From the NCBI GenBank assembly GCA_002633005.1, contig NMRA01000230.1, positions 509,271 through 573,270 on the forward strand: DNA of 64,000 bases, given 5' to 3'. The stretch is from Phoronis australis (Eukaryota > Animalia > Phoronida). This document shows positions 40,226 through 53,600 of this stretch, in pieces. How positions within the stretch are numbered: position 1 is the first letter of the stretch; every line of letters begins with the position of its first letter. Below the pieces are notes generated by a model. It was not told the origin of the DNA, ran no database searches, and saw only the letters and a list, made by a program, of their open reading frames with translations. A program made the position numbers and the translations under genes.

Positions 40226-40268
40226 CTAACAATGCCTTGAGGCTAAAATTTCTAACCAGATAGGTCAT
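40226..40268 (-). CDS. Neuropeptide precursor exon 1 (start of signal peptide)
   Basis: aggATG...MTYLVRNFSLKALL + G|gtaagt consensus donor (phase 1); joins TT of exon 2 to give MTYLVRNFSLKALLVFAVVALA-SSEE; spliced precursor 286 aa. Confidence 0.8.
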
Positions 40269-40348
40269 CCTTGGAATTATGATGTAAATCTGCTGCACGA
40301 GGATAAATCACTGACTTGGGATCAATCTGTGATCAATGTCTCACAATA

Positions 40349-40354
40349 TTTATA
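40349..40354 (-). promoter_or_regulatory. TATA box of the neuropeptide gene
   Basis: GGGGTATAAATA on the minus strand about 85 bp upstream of the exon-1 ATG. Confidence 0.65.
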
Positions 40355-41147
40355 CCCCAACCGCTCTGGCGTATTCAATAGAATCTCGCGATCTCCTGAT
40401 TCGTCCGCACTGTTAACACGTCACTCGTTTGCGAGTGTTCTTCGGAAGAAGTTCTTTCACACAGAATTGGTGTTTCCGTGAAACACTCTCTCACACATCG
40501 TGGCAAATGAGAGCAGGGCTCTGTATTTTTCAATCCGCGCTAATTCGAAGAAGTTCAAGGAGGTGTTTGAGAGACTTTTGAGCTCGACGTGTACACGTCT
40601 CAGGTTATCAATGATCAATTTACAATTACAAGTTTTCTATGGACTTGAATTTGAGGGGCGTTTTCGGTGAATAGGCATTTGTATGGAGTTTGAGTTTTAA
40701 AACTATGATTAGAAGGATATATGCCGAAATACCACAGCGCTTTTTTGTGTGCGACAGAGCGCCATTTTGTGTGCGACAGAGGGATAGATGCCGTGGAGCC
40801 AACTTTTTCCCACAATGCCGCGCATACGTTTCATTACTTTTAGTGTTGAGCTTGGCTCTATTTTACATCAAAAGCAGTTTTACTGTTGTTCACGACTAAA
40901 GTGAGTTCTTGCAAAGTTGACCTAAATTTGACAACCTCAATAGCGCTCGGAATATTGTTTTTACTCGTTCGCGGTAGCTTTTGGGGGGTAATTTAACGCG
41001 TTAAACCACCTCAAACCTATTTCATTGTGGTTTGAAATAGCACAGTGTCGAGTCTCCAAAAGCGCCCGCAATCACTATTTAAATGACTTTGAATTTAGCA
41101 GTTGGTATTGGCAGGAGTCAGTACATTAAACGTGTCACCTGATGCCA

Positions 41148-41155
41148 TGACGTCA
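41148..41155. promoter_or_regulatory. Palindromic CRE (TGACGTCA) about 0.8 kb upstream of the neuropeptide TSS
   Basis: Exact motif; adjacent E-box CACCTG at 41137; a CRE half-site also at about 40416. Confidence 0.35.
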
Positions 41156-41769
41156 GTGTTGTTATCATAGCCTAAATATTTAAACTTTCATGGGTTCGTT
41201 TTTGCCACAACTGCCGCGCATCGTTCAGTTTTCACCTGGGTACCCTTGTTGAGCAAAGACGATAATTTAGCTCTTCCCGCCGGATGCCGATCTGTTAAGG
41301 GGGCACCGTGACGACCTTTTTCAGGAGTGAATTACGATTGGGTAGGATATACTTCTTGAACTTTGACCAGAGCTGCAAAACAACAAAAGCATTTCGCGAC
41401 GTTGACTTCCAGTCAGTTTGCTGGTATTTGGTGTAGAATTAAGGCACTGATTTGGTGTTTTAAATTTGTGCAGTAGAAAATGGCCGAGGACACCGGAGTG
41501 GGTTCTCATCAAAGTGAATGTAAAAATCGAGGAGAGCCACTTATGAATGTGTGTCAGAAAAAGGCAACTTCACGGAAAGAAATCGAAGAGTTTTGTTGAA
41601 AAAAATAACGTAATGTCTAATACAAGTATCAAGTAATTATTTAGATTTTATTGACATTGTATTGTTGCCAATTGTCACTGAAAGAAACACCTTTCAGCAC
41701 TTGAATAGAAAAAATATGCTTACAGTATTTTACGAATTCGAAGTGCTTTTCTTCATTTTCTGCTGATGC

Positions 41770-41845
41770 AGGTTACCACATTTTAGTTGAATATACACAT
41801 TTTGAGTGGAGATTACACATTTTACTTGAATGCCACACATTTTTC
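41770..41845. repeat. About 19-bp minisatellite (cacattttagttgaat..., about 4 copies)
   Basis: Direct inspection. Confidence 0.6.
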
Positions 41846-42580
41846 CGTCTCGTGGCGACCATGGTCGCGTGATCTTGTTAATCACGCTGAACTGTGAGTT
41901 TGAGGTTTGAGAATAAAAGTTTGTTGTTAACTACATGCCGACGTTATTAGTTATTGATTTACACAAACTTACCCGGAAATTTCATCGAAAAATTACCATC
42001 GACAGTGAACGCAAGCCCAATCTGATAAATAATAGCGTATTCTTCAATTCCACGTAAGTTGAACTGTGGGCTGCAAAATTGAGTTACCTAACGTTTCCTA
42101 GTAATAATTTGATTTTTTATGACGACAAAAATTGTTCAATGATGACAGTGTAACAAGGCGCTTGCGATTAAGCGTAGTATTGAACACTAGTGTTGAATGT
42201 TTCATGGAATAAATTGTATGTCAGTGTTACTAATGTTACGTGAAAGGGTTAATTATTGACATTAACAGCAATTGTGACGGGTAAAGTAATTAGACAAGTA
42301 TTAGGACCCAGACAGTGACTTTAATTGACACATCGATAAACGACGTGTTAGTCGATTGTCAACGCTTGGACTGCCTCATCGACCCCATCGTCAACCTACC
42401 GCAACCGATACCATGTTCTTTAATTTTTAATTCATGGATTTTTGTTTATGTTGTGACTAATTGTCATCCGGACTGCTCATGTTGTTGTAACTGCGGTCAT
42501 TATTAATATTCAAGTGGCATTATATGCGATTTTCACCACAATTGAGTAAATAATTATCCATTTCTTTGCTATCATACACT

Positions 42581-43320
42581 TTATCCCATACGCGTTGAAT
42601 CTGTCGAGGGAAATACGGCCATGTAATAAAGTTTTCCGTATTCACCTCCCGCACTACTTCAACAGTGACCTCTGACATGGAAAGTTCAAAACGTAGGTCA
42701 ATGTCGACTAGACGTCGTTAGCCGGTTTGATCACCAAATTTTTCGGAAAATAGTTTAAAGTAATACAATTATAGCAGTGTAAATAACTCTAAACATACAA
42801 TCAGGTCTCAATCGTAACGTCCGGATCAGGACAGTTAACTATACGACAGTTCTGTCTCAGTTTTCATTTGCTAAATATTTTATCGTCTACAACTCCTTGG
42901 TAACTACAATATCAAATATTGTTGTTATTTAACTATTTTCAGGAGATGTTACAAGTTCAATGAAAGGTTACCCTTATTTTCATCTTTGTTACCTCTTTTC
43001 TAGTAATAAATCGCCTCATTTAAAACTGTTTCTGTTACTAGAGAAAACTTGCAGCCTAACGCGCAAGTACATACATATAGGATGTGATCCACCACGTGAG
43101 CAGGCTGAGTGAAGTATTTAAAGAATGTGCGGAAAAATGAAAGGAACTTAGGAATTCGAAGCGTATGGGATAAATACAAAACGTACCTTGACTGGCGTAC
43201 ATGAAGTAATATCCCACTCGACATTATTTCGCGTATCGACCTCGGTCTCGATCGATACGCGTAATAATGTCTCGTGGGATATTACTCCATGTACGCCACT
43301 CTCAGCACGTTTTGTGCATG
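42581..43320. mobile_element. Crypton-like non-autonomous element, copy 1
   Basis: Inverted ttatcccatacgc...gcgtatgggataa bracketing the body, followed by an about 150-bp hairpin; homologous to 44328-45006. Confidence 0.65.
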
Positions 43321-44327
43321 TATCTTCCCGACAAACGCTGCTTCGTGTGTAGCCCTGTCGCACATTTTTTAAACGCGAGATCCCGCGAAAAAAGAAAATG
43401 ACACAAGAATTCACAAGATAACGTCGTATAGTGCAAGAGAACCACGTCAACATATTTGCTTCCTTAGCGAGATTCTTGCGTCAAAGGGAACGCAAGCTCG
43501 GTAAACGATATTCACGTATCTCCTCGACCTGAAGGATCTATCGCCTTGCGCGGGCACACCAGACACAAGCTGGTTTTAAGAGAGAATTTTTCTTGCTGCT
43601 TTGGACTGTTATGATGGAAGTTGTCTACGTTTCCGCGGGCACAGCCAGACAGTCAAGTTTTCAGTCGGTTAACGCCGGTCTGTTATTATTTGAAAAAACG
43701 TTATTTTGAAAGTTTCATATTTTAGCACAGCTGTGAAGCTGGTACACAAGCTGGTTTTAAGAGAGAACATTTTCATGCGGCTTTAGAATGATCTGGTGGA
43801 AGTTGCTTTCCTTTGACCTGGTCGCAAAATTGTGGAAAATCAATTTTGTGCAGGCTTATTTAATGGGGTACTCATATTGGAATTTGTCATCATTGTTACG
43901 ATTGTCAATTAGTGATACATTCAGTTATGCGACGCTCTGTCATTTGGTGCATGCGTGATGAGCATTTACGTCACAGGCCAGCACCCTTCATTATCTAGCT
44001 GATAAGATTGCTGTTGGCGAACTTGGAATCCTGCTTAATCTCAAGATCGCATATGCGTGAACTTGGAATTGAATAGGCAATCAGGTGAATTTTCTTGTTC
44101 AGTGTAAATAGTTTTTGTAATTATCGGCTTCGTGAATACTCACTTTCTCTTTCATCTCAACTTGTGTAAAAGAATCGGAGGAAGGTGTGAATGGCTAAAT
44201 GAATTATTGTTTGGTGAATGAGATCATCAATACATGTAGTTGAAAAGGGATTGGTTAAAATTTACATTATTTCATTAACGTGTAGTTTGATTTAGTGCAG
44301 TGCAAATTTTTATCAACGTAAACGTGA

Positions 44328-45006
44328 TTATCCCACGCGCGTTGAATCTATTGAGGGAAATACGGCCATGCAATAAAGTTTTCCGTATTCACCTCTCGCA
44401 CTACTTCAACAGCGACCTCTGACATGGAAAGTTCAAAAGGTAGGTCAATGTCGACTCGACGTCTTCAGCCGGTTCAATCATCAAACTTTCCGAATATAGT
44501 AATACAGTTGCAATAGTGTAACTAACACTCGACATGCAACCAGGCCCTAAACGTAAAGTGTGGAAAAAACGTTTAATTATAAGACACTTTTTGTTTTTTA
44601 ACTACAGTATTTCCAGGATATGTTGCAAGTTCACTGCTCAGTTGCCGTTGTTTTCATCTTTGCTACCTCTTTTCAAGAAATAAATCGTTACTTTTAAAAC
44701 TGTTTCTTTTTCAAGAGAAAACTTGCAACCTAACGCGCAAGTACATACATATAGGATATGATCCGCCACGTGAACAGTCTGAGTGAAGTATTTGAAAAAT
44801 CTGCCGAAAAATGTAAGAAACTTAGGTATTAGTATTCAAAGCGCATGGGATAAATACAAAACGTACCTCGATTGGCGTACATAAGGTAATATTCCACTCG
44901 ACCTTATTCCGCGTATCGACCGAGACCGAAGGTCGAGGTCTATACGCGGAATAAGGTCGAGTGGGATATTACTTCATGTACGCCACTCTCGGTACGTTTT
45001 GTGTAT
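44328..45006. mobile_element. Crypton-like non-autonomous element, copy 2
   Basis: Same layout; hairpin 44854-45006 centred on gaccgaaggtc. Confidence 0.65.
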
Positions 45007-45149
45007 TTTTTTGATTGAACTTGTCAAGCTTCTTCGTCTATTCCAAGTTCACACATACGCGATCTTGAGATTAAGCAATATCCCAAGTTCACGCGCAGCA
45101 AGAAAATACATTTATACCACAATATTAGCGTCAAATGGCAAATACAACC

Positions 45150-45264
45150 GTGTAATAACCCTCACTAGTGAGATAACGACTTGGCGGGAAACCGAGGACG
45201 GTGTCGAACCCGGGACCCTAATATTGCTATTGGCCGACTTTACCACTACACCACGCAGCGACTG
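45150..45264 (-). mobile_element. tRNA-derived SINE head
   Basis: A box TGGTGTAGTGG and B box GGTTCGACACC on the minus strand; no clean cloverleaf. Confidence 0.6.
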
Positions 45265-48200
45265 ACGTTATCAAGAGTGAAAATAGAATACTTAAATGAG
45301 CACACGCAATAATCGCACGTTCAACAAACTACATTGTACTGTACTTATACGCTACGAAAAATACATGTACGACACATAATTTCCATAAAAATGATATCTT
45401 AATTCGGTGAAATTTTTCTCTCATGTCTTCTTACTTGTAAATCACCGATCTCTAGTTTGAATGCGGGTATCGTGTCGTCAGGATCTTTGACTTGAGAATT
45501 ATATTCAGTTACCAGTGGTAACCTACTTTAGCAGACAATAATTTCCCGGTCGAAGCTTAGCGTGAAAAAAACGTGTTTTAAGCTATAATAGTTGGTAAAC
45601 CTTTATTTATGAATTCTATTTATTTCTATAATATTTAAGTTTTCAATTGGTTTTGAGTAAAAGCATTATTTGACAAAAATAGCCGGGCTTTTCTTAAAAA
45701 GTTATGACCTCCGACCCCGGGCCTCTGACATAGAAAGTAGTTACAAAGCCGTGGAGAGTCAGAAAAGGTAAATCGATTCATTGCAATGTTTCTCGTTTAG
45801 TGTGTGGTATAAATAGATTATTACATGTTCTCAGCCGTTATCCCCCTTATCTAGAGCCCGAGTGGATTTTGGAGAATTATCGCCCGAGGGGATAACGACT
45901 TCGCCATGCAATAATCTCTATGTACATGTATCTACATGCAACTGCATGCGGTTTTTTCTGACGAAAAAACATGGCGTTTTTTGTATTATCGTATGATTTG
46001 GACAGATTGTAGAGTTATGAATTGGCATCATGGAATCAATATGGGAAAAATCCAATTTTTTTTAAAAAAGTATTCTTCTTGGAATTGTTCTTAGTTCATC
46101 GAGGCTCGACCATGGTCTCTCTCATTCTGCAGATATCGACATAAGGTCACATTTGCTTCAAATAGCCGTAAGGCATAAACCATCAAGCCATCTCAGTTCT
46201 CACCATTACGCTATTGCAGGGAAATGTGCGTCTTAAGTTTAAAATTTTCAAAAACTTAATAAACGCTCTTTGTCCGAACTTAAGCGCGTGCCCTTTGAGC
46301 GTGCTGTCGTCTAAGAATAGGTGTTCATGGTCATGATGCATTGACGTTTGTCGATAATTGTTTTGCACTTAAAATGACCCAAAACACCATCGCTTCAGTT
46401 ATTCTTTTTCCATTCCGAGCATATCCTGATATTTTTCAAACTTCTCCACAACGTTTTGGGTAGAAATTGGTACAATGTACAGTAGCTATAACTGAAAACC
46501 CAAACATAACGTCCTTCCACGAATTACTTAGAGGGTGTAATCTTGTATTTAAGCACTATTGACTTTCATCGAGACAAAATCACACATGTTTGGGTTTTAG
46601 AATGAGCATATTGATTCTGGTGAAAATCAGTAGTTGTATAATATGGACATTAATGCTTTTGATAACCGTCTTTCATTTCATGTGTTTCCCCCTATCGTAA
46701 ATTGTTTGTTTGCCGAACTATTTTTGAGCGGACCCAACAAATGTAGATTTCCACGACACGTGCGTGGCAGTTCAGCTTGAGCTAACACGCGGTCGGTATC
46801 GCCACCTGTTGACTGCTGTATTATACCACGGTGACGCAAGAGTTTGTAGTCCACATTTATTGCAAATCAGACATCGTGTTCCAAATATTCAATGTTCATC
46901 ATCACGTCTGGTGGACAACGATGGTGGTTCTGAACAACGTAGATATTTACTTCATATATGTATTGTTTGGCACGTGATCTTCATTGAACATTCACCATTA
47001 CGTTACGCCATCTCGGTCGCTTGACATTGATTTCAAGAATACTTGGCACTAATAAGTTTTTGATGCATATGGCGTCAACAGGAATTACTACAAAACTGTA
47101 ACGCTCACTCGTGTTAAGAATTGTTTCCACATTTGCTTGAGTTTAAATGCTTGGTCGATGATGCAGTCTTTGTAAGACTACTCGTTCTTCTGTCACTGAA
47201 CGATTGCATAATTGAAACAGTTCCAAATACGGACTCCTCTGCGTTTCCTGTGTGGTGTGCGTATTTGTGGAATTTGTTTACGCCCTAAGGAAATGTTTCT
47301 ATCACTTTGTTTTTTGCTGATATTATTTTCTAATCCTAAACAGAACCCTTATTCCAACGAAAACGAACCAAGTATCTACTGTTCCATGTGACCAGCCATT
47401 GAGGACCAAGTTGACTTTGGTGAGAAAACTTTTCACCTAATTAGCTCTCAAATATGGTAGTAAAGTGAAATTTTAATTTGTTAACTTTCTCAATGTATTA
47501 AAACAGACATTCAAAAAATGTAGAATAAATTCATTATGATTTGTGCTGTGCAGATTTTACAAAACAACATTTGGCAAAGTTTTCGTAATTTGCAGCAATA
47601 TATTCAACGTTTTGAAAATAGAAAAACGACCGGTTTGAGAATCCAAGAACTACCGTACTTGCAGCCACGTGAGATATATGTATGTCCACATTAACTTTCT
47701 ACAAGGAAATAAACTTCTAATGTGTTTTCCACTTAAGTTATTGGAGCCTCTTTACATGCAAGATAGCTCGTCTTTATACATGTAGCCCTCGTCAAGCTTT
47801 TATCTAACAAATACGTACAGTACATGTATCAAATATTAATCAGACGGGGGCGTTAGATTTTTGTATGGTATTCCGTGTATGTTCGATCAGTACGTATCAC
47901 ACGAGCTTCCGATAAATAATCATAGCCTTTATAATCGAAATCAATTTCAACTAGTAAGGCGTATATACATGTATATGTACTTGCACTAACATACATGTAC
48001 ATGATAAGATTTGAAGTCAATGTTTTAATAAAAGCATTCTACTAAAGTTGCGCTTATTTTTTTCACCATCACGGATTTGTCTCCCTGAAACAAACATTTT
48101 AAGAAGAAAACTTGTTACCTCAGTTTTACATGAACACTTGTTTTTAAAGCGCAATTACTCAACAAAAAGCAATATTTGTGCAATAAAAGCTTCGCAAGAA

Positions 48201-50650
48201 ATACAAATACAGACCTAATGTTTTATGCATTAAAAACCAAACGCTATGGGAGTTCACCCTCTTTAATCAATGATCCACGGGAAAGCAATACGCGTAACGT
48301 CTGCAGTACGTGTCTTTTTTCTTGAATATCGTGAATATTTTCATTTCCAAACAGATGATTGTGAGCAAACGGGAGTGAGAGTAGATAACAGGACGTTTTA
48401 TGCGCAAGGAATGAGAGATAACGGGAATCCTGGTACTTTTAGGATGGCTGTGAAATGCGTGGATCTTGTGTATGTATGGAGCCAAGAAGCATCCGTTGAC
48501 CGAAATGAACGGAGAAGTGATGCGTCGGGAATGATAACTCAAGCTTGCAGACCCCCATCTCCTCGACACCACGCATTAACAGCTCGAGTGATACATGTAC
48601 ATGTAGTTTATCGAGCATGCTTAGAAATTCTTTTCCATTGCTGCGTTATCCTTAAGCTACCTGGCAGGACTCTGCGCAAAACAGGGATCCTACCACTTAG
48701 AAACGGGAGCCCTAAACTAATTTTCGTCTATAACCTTTAAGAGAGTCATAGTGCAATGGAGGTCGAAACTGGCCTTAGGCTGCAATTAGTTAAGTGTAAT
48801 TAATGTCTATTCCGCCGCAGCTTGGTGTTGCTCTACATTTTGTAACTGACTACGTTCGTTGGCCGATTGCCACATGGGTCCAATGGTTCTTTGGCAAATC
48901 GGAGCCTAAGAATGATGATGATGATAAGTGGTTGGAACACAAACACTTACAGTAATAAATGTCTGTCGCAAGAGTGAGTCGGTCGATCAGAGGCTTTGAT
49001 TAGTGATAGGGATAAGTATTTATTCACTTATGCTTATCGCTGCCATTGTTGATTTGCTGATCTGTTTCCGTTTCGAGTGTTTGTTGGTGTCATACACTGT
49101 AATTGTTAATAAAGTTGTTTTCCGAACTTCAATTTGGCGTTAAATGCGCAATCAAACAGGTGTCGAAGCAGGTGCTTGTGGACACTGACACAACTCGTGG
49201 CCACGTTATTTCGATGGGAGGCGAAACTGTTAATCGACTTCAATACGTATTTAGATAAAAATTATGCAGTCTGGGCGCGCATGTGTGAATTTTAACTCAA
49301 ATTGGCCAAATATTGTCGAATGAACTGCCCAGCTAAACATACATGTAACGATAGATAGGATTTTCTGAACATTTGACAATTTCAAACACAGCAAGACCAC
49401 GTACGGTGTTAACATAATTGTTTTCAGCATGGCAGTTTGGTTACAATTCATCTTTGAACGGGAAATTTTGTCACACAATTGAAATTTGTGTGGACATGAA
49501 ATGTTCTAGTTTGTTACCAGATATCCTTCCGCGGTGGAAGGAATCGTGACTTGTCTTGACCACCTTAATAATAATTAAAACGAATATAAAGATATGAACG
49601 AGAGAAAGAAAATATACTTCTTAACTTATGAATACAATTTGAGAAGGGGGTCTAATTTTAAAATCGAAATCGAAATCGACATTACTCTTGTCACTTCCTG
49701 TACTACTTTTGCACGTACTCAAAATAAGTGTCTTCTGCCTCTGTCCAATCCTCCTTTACACTTAGTGATTCGAACGTTTAAGATAAGATTTCGAGTCTGA
49801 ACTAACAATTTAGTCTCTTTCCTCGAGTTTGTACCTCGAATCTGCGGATTCATACAGTGCATACTCTGACTAAACTCTCATCTGCGTATACCGTAACGCA
49901 CCCGTGTAGAGAATAATAGAAAACACAGCTCTTGAGTTCTCGCAAAAGAAGGAACGAAGAACGTGAACAGTGATTTCAACCTTGATTTGGAGTTGAGAGA
50001 TAGAATCCAACCTCCACCCCCAAGCCCCCCACCCCCAAGCCCCCACCCCCCGAGACCCAATTGTTTATCGTTACAAGGTTATTTGATTTATACCGAGTGT
50101 GCGTTGGTCTCAAGCAGGGCTTGTGTTAACCTATTGCGCAACTAAGAGTCATATTAGTGCGCCCCAGGAAACCAATTTCCCTTATTAGTTTCGAGTCGTG
50201 GCATCATTATCACTCATTAACAGAAGGTATAACTTTTTGCTAAAATGTCCAACGAGTTTATGAAAATAATTATAAATTTTAGTCCTCCAAAGGTTGACAA
50301 CAATTTGAAACTTAACTCTGTAATTCATCTCACCCTCTGGTTTTAATAATTTCCAAATTATTCTATTTTTAGGAGCTGGAAATTTCCTGCCTTCAGAAGT
50401 ACTTAAATTACCTTTCAACGATCCTGATGGGGCATTTCAACCAGTCAGATATATAAGCTTTACGAATATAACCATTTCTGCCCAAAAATATGTTTTCAAG
50501 CAGTCGGATACCTAGCTCATTTATTTCTGCCCAGAAAAAAATAAATGAATGTTGACAGCATTCTCCTTTAATGCTGAAGCTGTCTTAATTTCAGGTGGTT
50601 TATACAGAAACATAGACAATGTTCACTTCTCGAATTTACGACGATCACCG

Positions 50651-53600
50651 CTAACTGAATAGTCCAGTCTTCTGCTGCGCTTTCTCTAGCTTCTCAACAG
50701 TTGCCTTCAACTCGTGCAACGTAAGGTCCTTCTGTAACACCTTTGCCTCTGACCGTCTTAACTGGTCCCTTAAGTTTTGAATCTTCTCTTTGCTTTCCTT
50801 GTCGTTTTGCTCTTTTAACGTATACTCGTTTATTTGATCTTCTAGAGTGTGAACCTTCGCCTGCAGTTGGTCGACTTCTGCTTGCTTGACGTCTATTTGA
50901 GCTTTCAATGTTTCTATCTCATCAATGTGTTTGGTGGTGAGCTCCTGAATCATAGCATCGACTTCTTCTTTCGTTAGTCTGAAAGGTGCAAAAAACCTAA
51001 TCTCATTGCTGGTTCCTTATTAAGATTAAAGTTGTTTCGAAGATTGAAAATAACTGGTAGATCGCTATGGATTCACATAAGACACGTGACTGTCGCTAAG
51101 CACACTAGTGTCGCTTTAGTCGTCGAAGCAGCATGGCTGTTACGGCTAACCAATTTAAATTCAGAAAAGGAAACGAACACAATAATGTTTCTTTGGAAGT
51201 AAGAGCAAATTCTTCTATGACAAAAGTTGTTTTCGACATCATTACATGATTTTTAACAGCGTTATATTGCATCAACCGCGATTTTCGCTGCCATAATTCA
51301 ATGGGCTCCAGCTTAGGCTTAACCTCCGATGGGCCGGACTTGGCAGTGAAACGAATCGACACAAATAGAAATTGAGATAACGGAATGGTTAAAGATGATC
51401 AGAAAGCAGCTCACACACATTATTTTATTCATCTTATACATGTAGTAGGGTTCCATATAACATACCTTTCTTCGTTGTCGCTATTTTTCGTATCCGCACC
51501 AATGTCTTCGGGGTCGGAGTCTACCACAATATTCGGGCTATTTCCGAACTCCTCGGCTAATTCCGTCATCAGGCATGAATCACTCTCGTCGCCATCTTGT
51601 TCTTCCACGTTAGCATGCTGGTTGGTGTCATTTTCCGGCACAGATTGTTGAGCGGAGTCGCTTTCAGCTTTCGTATCGTCGTTCTCTGAATCTTTCGTCA
51701 CAGTAACTGTTGGAATAGCAGAGGTGTCCGCGTCGTCTTTTTCTCTGTCATGGTCGGCTGCTACGTGATTAGCACTTGAAACATCGTCTGCAACTTGGTT
51801 ACTAGAGACATCGTCTGCTTTCAGGTCTCCCTGTAAATTACCAGTTTGGTGAAGGAAAATTGGTAACCTCAGGCCCTTTTCAAGAAACTGACTTACATGT
51901 ATATTATTTTTAGCTAAAGTCTGAGATATGTCTCAGCTTCCAAACTTTGAAACTTCCACATCCGGTAAGATAGTTTAAAACTTTTTTCCATATTTGAGAT
52001 CTCTTTTTGAAACGAACTTGAGACAAATTTAAGATTTATTGACTGAAATTATTATTTGTAGTAACGAAGTCAGTTTTCTTGGAACGGCCCCTGTACTTAC
52101 TGGGAGTTTGAATAGCTGCTATGAAAGAATCCCTCAACCTTTATTTCTAATTGCTCATAATTGCAAGCTTTTTTGAAGAAAAGTATCCAATCTCAACGTT
52201 TGCATTTTGAAGGAAATCGAACTAGAATCAAAACACAACCTTAATAATGAAAACAATTTCTGTAGAGCGCACATGCATTGTACATTCACGGTTCTGCTTT
52301 TAGAAACACCAGAAGGCATATATTCCATAAGTGGCAATTGTATCGTAATTGAATGATATTTGCTACAAATACTTTCCTCACCTTCTCGTCTGAAGACTCT
52401 TTGCTAGATTTTTTTGCTTTCTTCTTCCTTTTCTTGCGTTGTTTTTTCTTTTCCCCGCTACTCCCACTATCAGACTCGCTAGACGAAGGGTCCTTAAGTT
52501 TCAAAATAGTCATACACTTAAACTAGGTGTATTAAATTGGACTAGGACTTACTTACGTACCGAAATGATTATACACTTACTGGTTTAGGAAAATGACATA
52601 GATTTTTTATGGGAGGTGACTAAATATTATAAATTTCTATTTTTAATAACATGGAGCACATTTCATTATGGCCGCAATTATGTCAAAGTCTACAGAGGGT
52701 TGCGTGATGACCTGACGTTAACAGGAACATTTTATCGAGCTTCCGACAGTTTTAAACATATTACCTTGGTCTTGGCGCTGACAGCGGCCTGAAGTTCCAG
52801 TATTCTTTGACGTTCATTAAGTTGGGCGTCTTTCAGTTGTTCAATCTCACTGTTCAGCTCAGTGATTTGTGTCAAACGTTTACCATTCTCCGCGTTAGCC
52901 TGAAATTCCAACCATCGTGTAGTTGTTTTTGTTGTAATTTGCAAGTGTCCGTGACAGTTTAGTGATGACCTGATTGGCACTATTATGACGCGATTTGGAT
53001 CCCAAAATATGAATAGAACTCCACAGTGAAACTATATTGTCTAAATGCCGTATATAACCACGGTGGCATTATGCAAAATTATGTGTTTGAGTCAATCGGA
53101 GTGCGTCGACAACAGTTACACCTAGTGTATGCTCCCGTAGAGTTGAATCTCTGGCCTAATGTACGCTCCCTGAGAGTTAACACTCTGGCCTGAATTAGTA
53201 CTGTAATTGTTTTTAATTTTGGAATTTTTCCACCCAAATTTTGACCACGTCAAAATTGAGATTGGCTGGGTCGAAAACGTCACCACTGTGTCATACTCAA
53301 CAAGCCCCTACTGGAAATACGTTTAAAGTGTGTGTGACAAAACCTTTATCAAAAACCGTGTAATCCATCACATTCAATTACTGCAAAATTACGACATCCG
53401 TGAGTGGTGTCCGACAGGGTGTAAGTTAGCTGTTGTCACGCAATGGGCATTTCTGTTGCATTGCGAAGCACAAAGATTAATAGCCGCCCACAAGCGTCGC
53501 ACTAACGGAACCTATGTCCGTCACGCTAATTCAGTTTGGCTTACGTGACACTGGTAAACGTGTTCTAAAAAATGCTTTTAGGGTCTTTGTTTTCAGGAAA

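Noticed and set aside
45190-45264. tRNA gene (also at 61535-61608)
   Set aside because: A and B boxes are present but acceptor and anticodon stems do not pair; SINE heads
48270-48740. 156-aa plus-strand ORF with an acceptor-like site at about 48354
   Set aside because: No recognisable domain or partner exons
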